From NCBI GenBank assembly GCA_031459385.1, contig JAVKIP010000003.1, forward strand, positions 64,001 to 128,000: a stretch of 64,000 nt of DNA. Reading direction: 5' to 3'. The DNA is from Candidatus Fervidifonticultor secundus. Its GTDB lineage: Bacteria > Sysuimicrobiota > Sysuimicrobiia > Sysuimicrobiales > Humicultoraceae. A program made the translations under genes and the position numbers. The notes beneath the pieces are model-generated. The model was not told the DNA's origin, ran no database searches, and worked only from the letters and a program-made list of their open reading frames with translations. Shown here piece by piece: positions 30,740 to 39,373 of this stretch (its first letter is position 1; the number at the start of each line of letters is the position of its first letter).

Positions 30740-32104
30740 ATGGACACCGAACGCCTGGCGTGGACCGTTCCCGTGATCGCCGCCCCCGACGTGCTGGTCG
30801 TGGGCGGCGGGTCAGCCGGGATCGCCGCGGCGGCCGCGGCGGCCCGCACCGGCGCCCGCACGCTGCTGGTGGAGCGCTACGGCTTTCTCGGGGGTACCTC
30901 CACCGCAGCGCTGGTGGGCCCGTTCATGACCTCGTACACCACCGAGGGCCACCAGCCCGTGGTGGGCGGCATCTTCCGCGAGGTCGTCGACCGCATGATC
31001 GCCCTCGGGGGCGCCGTGGATCCGGGCGAGGTGCGCGAGGCCGGCTGGTGGGGCGCCTACATCACGATGGGCCACGCCCACGTCACGCCGTTCCACCCCG
31101 AGGCCCTGAAGCTGGCGGCCCAGGAACTGCTGGTGGAGGTCGGCGTCGACCTTCTCTTCCACACCACGTTCGTGGACACGCTGCGCGACGACCGCCGCGT
31201 GCGCGGCGTGGTGGTGGTGACCAAGGCGGGCCTCGGGGTCATCCGCGCGCAGGTTGTCATCGACTGCTCGGCCGACGGCGACGTCGCCGCGGCGGCCGGT
31301 GCCGAGTACATGAAGGGCCGCCCTGAGGACGGACGCATGCAGCCGGCCACGATGTTCTTCCGGCTGGGCGGGGTCGACGACGCGGCGGTGGCGGCGTGGA
31401 TCGAGGAGCATGAACGCCTGCACCCCGGCGAGCGCATGTACGAGTGCGTCGTCCAGGCGGCCAAGGCCCGGGGCGAGTGGACCCTGCCCCGCGAGTACCT
31501 GAACTTCTACCGCGAGCCCGAACCCGGCGTCTGGCGGGTGAACGTGACCCGCGTGCTCGGCGTCGACGGCACCGATCCCCGCAGCCTGACCCAGGGAGAG
31601 CTCGAGGGGCGCCGGCAGGCCTGGTGGCTGGTGCAGTTCATCCGGCGGTCGTGCCGGGGCTTCGAGGACGCGCGCCTGCTTGAGATGGGCACGCAGCTCG
31701 GCGTGCGCGAGACGCGCCGGATCGTGGGCGAGTATGTGCTCACCGGCGAAGACGTGCGTGAGGGCCGCCGCTTCCCCGACGCCATCGCCCGCGGCTCCTA
31801 CCTGATCGACATCCACGACCCCACAGGCACCCGCACGCGGCTCGAGCAGGTGCAGGCGCCGTTCTACGACATCCCCTACCGCGCGCTGGTGCCGAAGGCC
31901 ACAGAGCAGCTCCTGGTGGCGGGGCGCTGCATCTCGGTGGACCACATCGCCTTCGGGTCCACGCGTGTCATCCCCACCTGCTACGCCACCGGGCAGGCGG
32001 CCGGGACGGCCGCGGCGCTGAGCGTGCAGGCCGGGGTGCCCCCGCGGGCCGTGGACGTGGCCCGGCTCCAGACGGCGATCCGCTCCGCCGGCGGCCTCTG
32101 CTGA
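30740..32104 (+). CDS. FAD-dependent oxidoreductase (FAD_oxidored family)
   Basis: DVLVVGGGSAG, ERYGFLGG, IDCSADGD, GVRETRRIVG, YDIPYRALVP, LLVAGRCIS, ATGQAAG. Confidence 0.9.
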   Translation: MDTERLAWTVPVIAAPDVLVVGGGSAGIAAAAAAARTGARTLLVERYGFLGGTSTAALVGPFMTSYTTEGHQPVVGGIFREVVDRMIALGGAVDPGEVREAGWWGAYITMGHAHVTPFHPEALKLAAQELLVEVGVDLLFHTTFVDTLRDDRRVRGVVVVTKAGLGVIRAQVVIDCSADGDVAAAAGAEYMKGRPEDGRMQPATMFFRLGGVDDAAVAAWIEEHERLHPGERMYECVVQAAKARGEWTLPREYLNFYREPEPGVWRVNVTRVLGVDGTDPRSLTQGELEGRRQAWWLVQFIRRSCRGFEDARLLEMGTQLGVRETRRIVGEYVLTGEDVREGRRFPDAIARGSYLIDIHDPTGTRTRLEQVQAPFYDIPYRALVPKATEQLLVAGRCISVDHIAFGSTRVIPTCYATGQAAGTAAALSVQAGVPPRAVDVARLQTAIRSAGGLC

Positions 32105-32381
32105 GCGTGCCGCACGCGGGACGACCGCACCGTCTCCCCCTGGACCACCGGATCGTCAGCTTCGGATTCGCGCCCCGCGAATCTCGTCGCCCGTGTGACG
32201 TCGTCACCGTCAGACCGTGGTTCCTACGCTGGGGGCCAGCACGACCAACGGAGGGGATCATGAGGCGCACCATGCCCAAGACCGGCCGGGCTGACATCCC
32301 GCACGGCCGTCTGATGCTGCCCGTCCCGGCGGGTGGGGCCACGAGGTCCGCAGACGGGTGGGCCCCTGACGTGACCGCCTC

Positions 32382-32428
32382 TTGACAGAAGCTCCCAGTT
32401 CGGGTACGTAGGTGATAACGTTTTCACC
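32382..32428 (+). promoter_or_regulatory. TTGACA -35 element plus LacI/GalR-type operator upstream of the TRAP operon
   Basis: TTGACA at 32382; near-perfect palindrome GGTGATAACGTTTTCACC at 32411-32428 with the central CG typical of LacI-family sites. Confidence 0.65.
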
Positions 32429-32478
32429 ATTCGGTATCACTTTCTTCTCGGCTGGGCAGGACGCATTCGACAGGGGAG

Positions 32479-33471
32479 GTGAGCGGTGTGCGGCTGCGGT
32501 ATGCGGCAGTAGCGCTCGTGTCCCTGGTGCTGGTGACCGCAGGCGGGCCGGTGGGCGCGGCCGTCCTGCTTCGATGGGGAGAGGTACTGCCGGCCGACCA
32601 TCCGTCGGTCCAGATGGTGTATCGCGTCGCCAGGCGGGTCGCTGAGGCGACCCAGGGGCGCGTGACCATCCAGGTGTTTCCCGCGGGCCAGCTGGGGAGC
32701 ACCAGGGACCAGATCGAGAACGTGATCCTGGGGACCCAGCACATGACCACCGAGGGCGCGGCCGCCATCAGCCAGTTTGTGCCGGCGCTGGGCGTCATCG
32801 AGGCGCCGTACATCTGGCGTGACGTGGCCCACCTGGCGAAGGTCATGGAAGGGCCCGTCGGGCAGGAGCTCTCACGCCAGCTCGTGGAGAAGGCTGGCAT
32901 TCGCGTCCTGGGGACCACCTACTACGGCGTGCGCCATCTGACGACGTCAACCAAGCCCGTCCGTACGGTGGCGGACATGCGCGAGTTCAAGCTCCGGGTA
33001 CCGGAGAACGACGTCTTCCTGGCCATGGCGCGCGCCTGGGGAGCCAAACCCACGCCTATGGCCTTCGGGGAGCTGTACCTCGCCCTCAAGCTGGGAGTCG
33101 TCGACGGGCAGGAGAATCCGCTGCCCACCATCGACTCAGGGAAGTTCTACGAGGTGCAGAAGTACCTGGTACTGACCGGCCACATTCTCACCCCGCGGTT
33201 GGTCCTGATCAACGAGCGCTCGTTCCGCACCCTCCTTAGCGCCACAGACCAGGCGGCGCTGGTGGAGGCCGTCGCTGAAGGCATCGCCTGGCAGAACCAG
33301 CAAATTCAGGTCCTGGAGGGCACGCTGACGGGAAAGTTCAGGCGGGCGGGGATGGAGATCCTCCAGCCCGACGTGGAGTCGTTCCGGCGGCCGGTTGTGT
33401 CGGCGCTCCCCGCGCAATTCGAGTCCCGGTGGGGCGCGGGGCTCTATCAGCGCATCGCCGCCGCCCGATAG
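32479..33471 (+). CDS. dctP: TRAP transporter substrate-binding protein
   Basis: VFPAGQLG, GVRH, KLRVP, PMAFGELYLALKLGVVDGQENP, FYEVQKY. Confidence 0.94.
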   Translation: MSGVRLRYAAVALVSLVLVTAGGPVGAAVLLRWGEVLPADHPSVQMVYRVARRVAEATQGRVTIQVFPAGQLGSTRDQIENVILGTQHMTTEGAAAISQFVPALGVIEAPYIWRDVAHLAKVMEGPVGQELSRQLVEKAGIRVLGTTYYGVRHLTTSTKPVRTVADMREFKLRVPENDVFLAMARAWGAKPTPMAFGELYLALKLGVVDGQENPLPTIDSGKFYEVQKYLVLTGHILTPRLVLINERSFRTLLSATDQAALVEAVAEGIAWQNQQIQVLEGTLTGKFRRAGMEILQPDVESFRRPVVSALPAQFESRWGAGLYQRIAAAR

Positions 33472-33496
33472 CGCATCTCGACATTCTGCCGGGGCG

Positions 33497-33991
33497 GTGC
33501 CGGTGCCCGCGCTCAGGCGGTTCAACGCCAGCCTGGACCGGTGCGTGAGCGCGGCGGCGGTGGCGTGCTTCGCGGCCATCTTTGCCGTCGTGCTCGTCCA
33601 GATCGTGTTCCGCTACGTCCTTAAGGCCCCGCTGGTGTGGACGGAGGAGGCGGCCCGCTATCTCTATATCTGGACCTGCTACCTCGGGGGCGCGATGGCG
33701 TACCGGCGAGGCCAGCACATCGTGATCGAGGTCCTCCTCAAGCGCGTCTTCCTGCGGGCGGCGACGGCCGCCCGCGTCGCGGGCCAGCTGCTGGCCGGTG
33801 CCTTCTTTCTGACCCTGACCGTGCAGGGCGCGCGTCTGGTGATGCGCACGGGCTCTGTCCTGGCCATCACGCTGCCGCTGGCGTGGTCGGTCATCTACGC
33901 CGCCGCGCCGCTGACGGCCGCTGTGATGTTCTTCCAGACCCTGGAGATGCTGGGTGACGCGCTGATCGGATCGCGCAGGCGCGAGCGGTGA
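33497..33991 (+). CDS. dctQ: TRAP transporter small permease
   Basis: QIVFRYV, WTEEAARY, GQHI; 4 TM segments; start uncertain. Confidence 0.9.
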   Translation: MPVPALRRFNASLDRCVSAAAVACFAAIFAVVLVQIVFRYVLKAPLVWTEEAARYLYIWTCYLGGAMAYRRGQHIVIEVLLKRVFLRAATAARVAGQLLAGAFFLTLTVQGARLVMRTGSVLAITLPLAWSVIYAAAPLTAAVMFFQTLEMLGDALIGSRRRER

Positions 33992-35268
33992 CACCGACCG
34001 CGCTCATGGGCGTGTGGCTGGCCCTGGTGGTCCTGGGGATGCCGATCTTCCTGAGCCTCGGTGTTGCCAGCCTGGGCTACCTCTGGGTCCACGGCGACGT
34101 CCTGCTCGCCGTGCCGCAGCGGCTGACCGCCGCGGCTAACTCCTTCACGCTGCTGGCCGCGCCCTTTTTCATGCTCGTCGGACTGGCGATGAACACGGCC
34201 GGCGTCACCCAGCGCATCTACCAGTTCGCCGAAGGCCTCACCGGCTGGCTGCGCGGCGGCCTGGCGCACGTGAACGTGGTCGGCAGCGTGATCTTCGCCG
34301 GGATGTCGGGATCGGCCGTCGCCGACGCTGCCGGATTGGGCGCCATCGAGATCAAGGCCATGACCGACGAAGGATACGAGCGCGAATTCGCCGCCGCGGT
34401 CACCGCGGCGTCGGCGACCATCGGCCCGATCATCCCGCCCAGCGTGCCGCTCCTCTTCTACGGCGTCCTGGCCGATACGTCTATCGGGCGCCTGTTTCTC
34501 GGCGGCCTGGTCCCAGGGTTGCTGATGGCCGCCCTCCTGATGGTCATGGTGGCCTGGATGAGCCACCGCCGTGGCTACCGGGCCCACCCCTTCCCGGGCA
34601 TCCGGGAGATGACGCACCGCACCTGGCGCGCCGCCCCTTCCCTGCTGACGCCGGCCCTGCTCCTTGGTGGAATGCTCGGCGGCGTCTTCACGCCGACGGA
34701 AGCGGCGTTCGTCGCCGCCGCCTATGCGCTGGTGCTCGGGCTCGTGGTGCACCGTGAGTTGCGCTGGCGCGACGTCCCCCGGCTCTTTCGGGAGACCGTC
34801 GAGACCAACGGGGTCGTCCTGCTGCTGGTCATGGCCTCGTCGCTGTTCGGGTGGGTGCTGACCCGGGCGCAGCTCCCCCAGCAGCTCGGCGCCTGGTTCC
34901 TGGCGGCCTCCACGGACCCGCTGGTCGTGCTCCTGCTCATCAACCTCTTCCTCCTGGTGGTGGGGTGCTTCATGGAGGCGCTGGCGGCGCTGGTGATCCT
35001 GGTTCCGCTGTTTCTACCCGTCATCAAGACGCTGGGGATCGACCCGGTACACTTCGGCGTCCTGATGGTCCTGAACCTCATGATCGGGACCCTCACGCCG
35101 CCGATCGGCATCGTCCTGTTTGTCGTCTCGCGGGTGGCCAACCTGCCCTTCGAGGCCGTGGTCCGATCCACGCTGCCCTTCCTGGTGCCTCTGGTGTGCG
35201 TGCTCCTGCTCATCACGGTGTTCCCGGACCTGGTCTTGTTCGTGCCGCGGCTGGTCCTGGGCCCCTGA
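33988..35268 (+). CDS. dctM: TRAP transporter large permease
   Basis: FAGMSGSAVADAA, GPIIPPS, GVFTPTEAA, GIDPVHFG, TPPIG. Confidence 0.96.
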   Translation: MTPTALMGVWLALVVLGMPIFLSLGVASLGYLWVHGDVLLAVPQRLTAAANSFTLLAAPFFMLVGLAMNTAGVTQRIYQFAEGLTGWLRGGLAHVNVVGSVIFAGMSGSAVADAAGLGAIEIKAMTDEGYEREFAAAVTAASATIGPIIPPSVPLLFYGVLADTSIGRLFLGGLVPGLLMAALLMVMVAWMSHRRGYRAHPFPGIREMTHRTWRAAPSLLTPALLLGGMLGGVFTPTEAAFVAAAYALVLGLVVHRELRWRDVPRLFRETVETNGVVLLLVMASSLFGWVLTRAQLPQQLGAWFLAASTDPLVVLLLINLFLLVVGCFMEALAALVILVPLFLPVIKTLGIDPVHFGVLMVLNLMIGTLTPPIGIVLFVVSRVANLPFEAVVRSTLPFLVPLVCVLLLITVFPDLVLFVPRLVLGP

Positions 35269-35350
35269 TCAGTGGCCCGGCGGCGTCGTCTGGAATCAGG
35301 CGTGCCCGGCCTGCCCGACTCGCCCGGGACCTGACCCCAGGCACGGCCGG

Positions 35351-36664
35351 TCACCCGCCCTCGGCCAGCAGCACCTCCAGCAGGCGGTCGGCCGCCCGGC
35401 GCATGAACGCGGCCACCTCCTCCGGGGCCTGGGGATCCGGCTCATCCGGCCCCGGGTTGAGCACCGCCGTGGCGTAGAACTCCAAAAACGGCGAGATGCT
35501 CTTGAAGGGGTAGAGGACGTAGACTTTCTTCCCCGTGGTGTGGGCGTGCACCATCTCCGAGAGCACGCCGAACGACATCTGGCTGGTGGGGTAGAACACC
35601 ACGTTCAGGTCGGACTGGTCGATCAGGCGCAGGTCGCGCACCACGGTGGCCCGCCCCAGGGCCAGACGCGTGCGATCGTCGAGGCGCTGCGCCCAGCGGC
35701 GCAGGTGCTGCAGCGACCCGGCCCAGGCCTCCAGCTCCGCGCGCTGCTCGGCCGGGAACTGCCGGACGAACTCCTCCTCGTCGAGCTGGCCGAACGCCGC
35801 CGCCTCCTCGTCCCTCACCGACAGGGGGTCGAAGACCACGAAGTGCTGGCGCAGGCGCTCGCCGAACTGGCGGGCCAGGGCGATCAGGTCGGCCTGCCCC
35901 TCGCGGCGCAGGTTGGTGATGGGGTAGCCTAGGTAGACGCAACGCCTTTTTTTGCAGATGAGGTCGACGAGGGTCCAGACCGGCTCGTCGTGCGCGATCA
36001 GGTAGTGCGGCACGCGCTCGTAGGCGGCGAACATCTTGGAGACGAACACCTCCTGCTCCTGCCAGGCGATCAGGTCGCTCGCCTCCAGCTTGCCGCGCCA
36101 CTGGTCGGTCTCCTCCAGGCGCCGGTGGATCTGGTAGACGCTGTCGACCAGCGTGATGTAGAAGATGCCCTCGGGTCGGACCGGCGGTGCGAGGCGCAGG
36201 CCGGGCAGCGTCTCCTGCACCGCCCCTGCCTCGGCCGGCTGGCGGCGCCGGGTCTCGTCGAAGAGCAGCTTGAGGTAGTGGGTGTCCAGACCGGGGATCA
36301 GGTGCCCCTTCCACCAGAAGCAGGCGTGGGTCACCAGAATCGTGCACAGGTCCGGCTCCCACAGCGCGGGGTCGTTCACGACCTCGGTGAAGACGATAGC
36401 CCGCAGCTCCTGCAACGCCTCGGGCGACATGTCGAGGATCGTCTCGGTGCGCACGTCCAGCCCCAGGTCGCGGGCCCGCTCCAGCATCCGGCCGCCCAGG
36501 TCCACGGCGCGCAGGCGGCGGATCGGCCAGACCCAGCGCCCCGCGCGCAGCTCCTGCTGGATGCGCCGGTTCCCCTCCTCGACGACGCGGGCCAGGTAGC
36601 CCGGGGCGCCGCCGACGTCGCGGAGCTTGCCGGTGCCCGAGATGCCCGTGGCGATGACGATCAC
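35351..36664 (-). CDS. Fusion of an archaeal-type adenylate/NMP kinase-like P-loop domain and a nucleoside 2-deoxyribosyltransferase/N-glycosidase-like domain
   Basis: N-term IVIATGISGTGK, VTHACFWWKGHLIPGL; C-term VYLGYP, VFDP, RDLRLIDQSD, SFGVLSEM, GKKVYV, SPFLE; GAGGTG RBS before GTG. Confidence 0.7.
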   Translation of the reverse strand: MIVIATGISGTGKLRDVGGAPGYLARVVEEGNRRIQQELRAGRWVWPIRRLRAVDLGGRMLERARDLGLDVRTETILDMSPEALQELRAIVFTEVVNDPALWEPDLCTILVTHACFWWKGHLIPGLDTHYLKLLFDETRRRQPAEAGAVQETLPGLRLAPPVRPEGIFYITLVDSVYQIHRRLEETDQWRGKLEASDLIAWQEQEVFVSKMFAAYERVPHYLIAHDEPVWTLVDLICKKRRCVYLGYPITNLRREGQADLIALARQFGERLRQHFVVFDPLSVRDEEAAAFGQLDEEEFVRQFPAEQRAELEAWAGSLQHLRRWAQRLDDRTRLALGRATVVRDLRLIDQSDLNVVFYPTSQMSFGVLSEMVHAHTTGKKVYVLYPFKSISPFLEFYATAVLNPGPDEPDPQAPEEVAAFMRRAADRLLEVLLAEGG

Positions 36665-36681
36665 CGCGTCACCTCACGGCG

Positions 36682-37809
36682 TCAGGCCGTGACCTCGTAG
36701 CGGCGGATCAGGTCCCAGTTCAGGTCGAGCCCGAGCCCCGGGCTCGCGGGCAGCGCCAGCATGCCGCGCCGCGGCGCGGGGAACGGCTGCACGAAGATGT
36801 CGCGCAGGGCGTTGGGCGCGTAGAAGTACTCGTAGGTGGAGACGTTCGGGAGCGCCGCGGCCAGGTGCAGCGACGCCAGGTGCGCGACCCCGCCGGAGAA
36901 CCCCGTGTGGGGCGCCACCCGCAGGTTGTAGGCGTGGGCCAGCGCCGCGGCCCGGCGGGCACCGACGAAGCCGCCGATGCGCGCGATCTCGGGCTGCAAG
37001 ATGTCCACCGCCCGCCGCTCGATCAGGTCGCGGAACCCGAAGACTCCGAACTCCGACTCGCCGCACGCCAGCGGGATCGTCGTGCGCTGCCGCAACAACG
37101 CGTAGCCGGAGAGGTCGTCGGGCGGCACGGGCTCCTCCAGCCAAGCGACGTCCAGGGGCTCCAGCTGCCGGGCCACCCGGACCGCGGTGGCCGCGTCGTA
37201 GGCACCGTTGGCGTCCAGCATGATCTCCACCTCGGGTCCCACGGCCTCCCGCACGGCGCGCACCGACGCCACATCGGCCCGCAGCCCCCCGAGGGCCGGC
37301 GGCCGGCCGATCTTGACCTTGATGGCGACGTGCCCGGCGGCGGCCTGGGCCGCGGCCTCGGCCGCCATCTGCTCGATCGGCGCGAAGTAGACCGACGAGG
37401 CGTAGCACCGCACCTCGGTCCGCCCGGCGCCGCCCAGGAACTTGTACAGGGGCACCCCGGCGGCGCGCGCCAGCAGGTCGTGGAGCGCGATGTCGATGCC
37501 ACTCAACGCCTCGAAGACGAACCCGCGGTAGTGCCCCCAGCGCCGCAGCTGCTCGAAGAGCAGGTCCCACAGCCCCTCGAGGTCGCGCGGGTCGCGGCCC
37601 AGCACCAGCGGCGCCATCAGGTGGTGGATGGCGGTCGTGACAACCTCGGGGGCCTTGCGGGCGATCGCCTCGCCCCACCCTACATGGCCGTCGTCGGTGC
37701 GCACCTCGACGAGTGTGGCCGTAAACGTCCCGAACGCGCCGATCCCGAACAGCAACGGCCGGTCCAGGGCGGCGGACAGCGTGTAGGTCTTGACAGACGC
37801 GATCTTCAC
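36682..37809 (-). CDS. Mandelate racemase/muconate lactonising enzyme family (enolase superfamily)
   Basis: GWGE, SGIDIALHDL, KVKIG, MLDAN, WLEEP, ACGE, QPE, APH. Confidence 0.92.
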   Translation of the reverse strand: MKIASVKTYTLSAALDRPLLFGIGAFGTFTATLVEVRTDDGHVGWGEAIARKAPEVVTTAIHHLMAPLVLGRDPRDLEGLWDLLFEQLRRWGHYRGFVFEALSGIDIALHDLLARAAGVPLYKFLGGAGRTEVRCYASSVYFAPIEQMAAEAAAQAAAGHVAIKVKIGRPPALGGLRADVASVRAVREAVGPEVEIMLDANGAYDAATAVRVARQLEPLDVAWLEEPVPPDDLSGYALLRQRTTIPLACGESEFGVFGFRDLIERRAVDILQPEIARIGGFVGARRAAALAHAYNLRVAPHTGFSGGVAHLASLHLAAALPNVSTYEYFYAPNALRDIFVQPFPAPRRGMLALPASPGLGLDLNWDLIRRYEVTA

Positions 37810-37867
37810 CGGCGCTCCTCACCTTCCCGGGCGACGCCCTGTGGGCCTGGCCGGGCGCCGCCCCATG

Positions 37868-38623
37868 CTAGCGGAACAGGTCTTCCTCCTCCGGCCGCAC
37901 GAGCTCCGCTGCGCGTCCCGTGCCGCGGTAGTCGAGCCCGCGGATCAGCACGAGCGGCGTCCCCTCGGCGGCCTGCCCCTGGAGGAGGTTCGCCAGCGCC
38001 GCGCACTCATCCGCCACGGCCTCCATCGACACCCGCAGCACGTACCCGTAGCGGTCCTCCTCGCCGATATACGAGCGCAGGACGGTGAGGCCCGCCGCCC
38101 CGATCGCGGTGCCCGTGGTCCCCTGCCTGAACGGCCGCCCATGGCTGTCGTTGACGACAACCGCGACGTCTGCGCCGAACGCCTCCTCCAGCCCGGTCCG
38201 GATGCGCGCCGCAGCCGCATCCGGATCGGCCGGCAGCAGCGCCACGACGTGCTCGCCGAGGCCCACGTTCGAATGGTCCACGCCCGCGTTGGCGCACACG
38301 AAGCCCAGCCGGTGCTCGGCGATGATCAACCCCGGCCGCACGCGGCGGATGGCCCTCGACTCGCGCAGGATCACCTCCACCAGCCGGGGATCCTTCTTCG
38401 CCTCCTCCGCCAGGGCCAGCGCCTGCGGCGAGGGGGTCACCGTGCGCAGGTCGACGACACGCCCGTCGGCCTTGGAGACCACCTTGTGGGCCACCACGAC
38501 GACATCGCCAGCGACCGGCACCAGGCTAGCACCGCGCAGCGCGGCCACGATCGCCCCGATGAGGTCGTCGCCCGGCCGGATGTCGGGAAACGGCTCGGGC
38601 GCCCACGCCAGGACGGTCTTCAT
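37868..38623 (-). CDS. cofE: Coenzyme F420-0:L-glutamate ligase
   Basis: PDIRPGDDL, DVVVVAHKVVSKADGR, KDPRLVEVILRES, GFVCANAGVDHSN, NDSHGRPFRQG, AVADE. Confidence 0.93.
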   Translation of the reverse strand: MKTVLAWAPEPFPDIRPGDDLIGAIVAALRGASLVPVAGDVVVVAHKVVSKADGRVVDLRTVTPSPQALALAEEAKKDPRLVEVILRESRAIRRVRPGLIIAEHRLGFVCANAGVDHSNVGLGEHVVALLPADPDAAAARIRTGLEEAFGADVAVVVNDSHGRPFRQGTTGTAIGAAGLTVLRSYIGEEDRYGYVLRVSMEAVADECAALANLLQGQAAEGTPLVLIRGLDYRGTGRAAELVRPEEEDLFR

Positions 38624-38698
38624 CGTGCCAGGATGGTGGGCATCGGCCCACGACCGTCGTCATCGGGCAGGACCGCGGTCATCGCTCCACGTCGGTCC

Positions 38699-39373
38699 TC
38701 ATGGTGCAGGCCCGGCCAGCCGCGGGCGCGGCCGCGCGCCGGGGGGCAGGTGCGCGATGCGGATGCCCAGGTGCCGGCGGCCGTACCGCACGTTCAGGTT
38801 GATGACGAGCACGGCCAGCGCCTCCAGCGTCGGCGCCCAGCGCAGGCCCCCGGCGTCCACTCCACGCGCGCCGACGGACGCGATGATGTTCATCACCACT
38901 GCCTTGGCCCCGTCGTCATCGCCGCAGACCAGCACGTCCTGGTCGAGCGGGCGACCGACCTCGGCCAGCAGGCGCGCGGAGACCGAGTGGAACGCCGCCA
39001 CCACCCGCGCCCGGGGCGCCAGACGCTGCGTCTCCTGGGCGCACGAGCCGTCGGGCGGCGGCGCGTAGGTCAGGCCGGCACCCAGGGGCACCACGGCGTC
39101 TACCACGACCTTGTCGGCCAGCAGCGGGGCGAGGTCCCTGACCAGGGCCGCGTGTCCCTCGTGGGGGCACGCGACGATCACCACGTCGGCCTCGCGAGCC
39201 GCGTCGGCGTTGGCGGCGCCTCGCGCGTTGGCGAGCCCCAGGCGCGCGGCCACCTCCTGGCCCCGCGCGGCAGAGCGCGAGCCCAGCACGACGTCGTGCC
39301 CGGCCGCGCACAGGCGCAGGGCCAGCCCGTGGCCCAGATCCCCGGTGCCGCCCAGGATGCCGACGCGCGTCAC
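38699..39373 (-). CDS. npdG: NADPH-dependent F420 reductase (F420H2:NADP+ oxidoreductase)
   Basis: ILGGTGDLGHGLALR, GSRS, N.DAA, VDAVVPL, GSCAQE, AAFHSVSA, GVDAGGL, INLN.RY; adjacent to cofE. Confidence 0.9.
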   Translation of the reverse strand: MTRVGILGGTGDLGHGLALRLCAAGHDVVLGSRSAARGQEVAARLGLANARGAANADAAREADVVIVACPHEGHAALVRDLAPLLADKVVVDAVVPLGAGLTYAPPPDGSCAQETQRLAPRARVVAAFHSVSARLLAEVGRPLDQDVLVCGDDDGAKAVVMNIIASVGARGVDAGGLRWAPTLEALAVLVINLNVRYGRRHLGIRIAHLPPGARPRPRLAGPAP

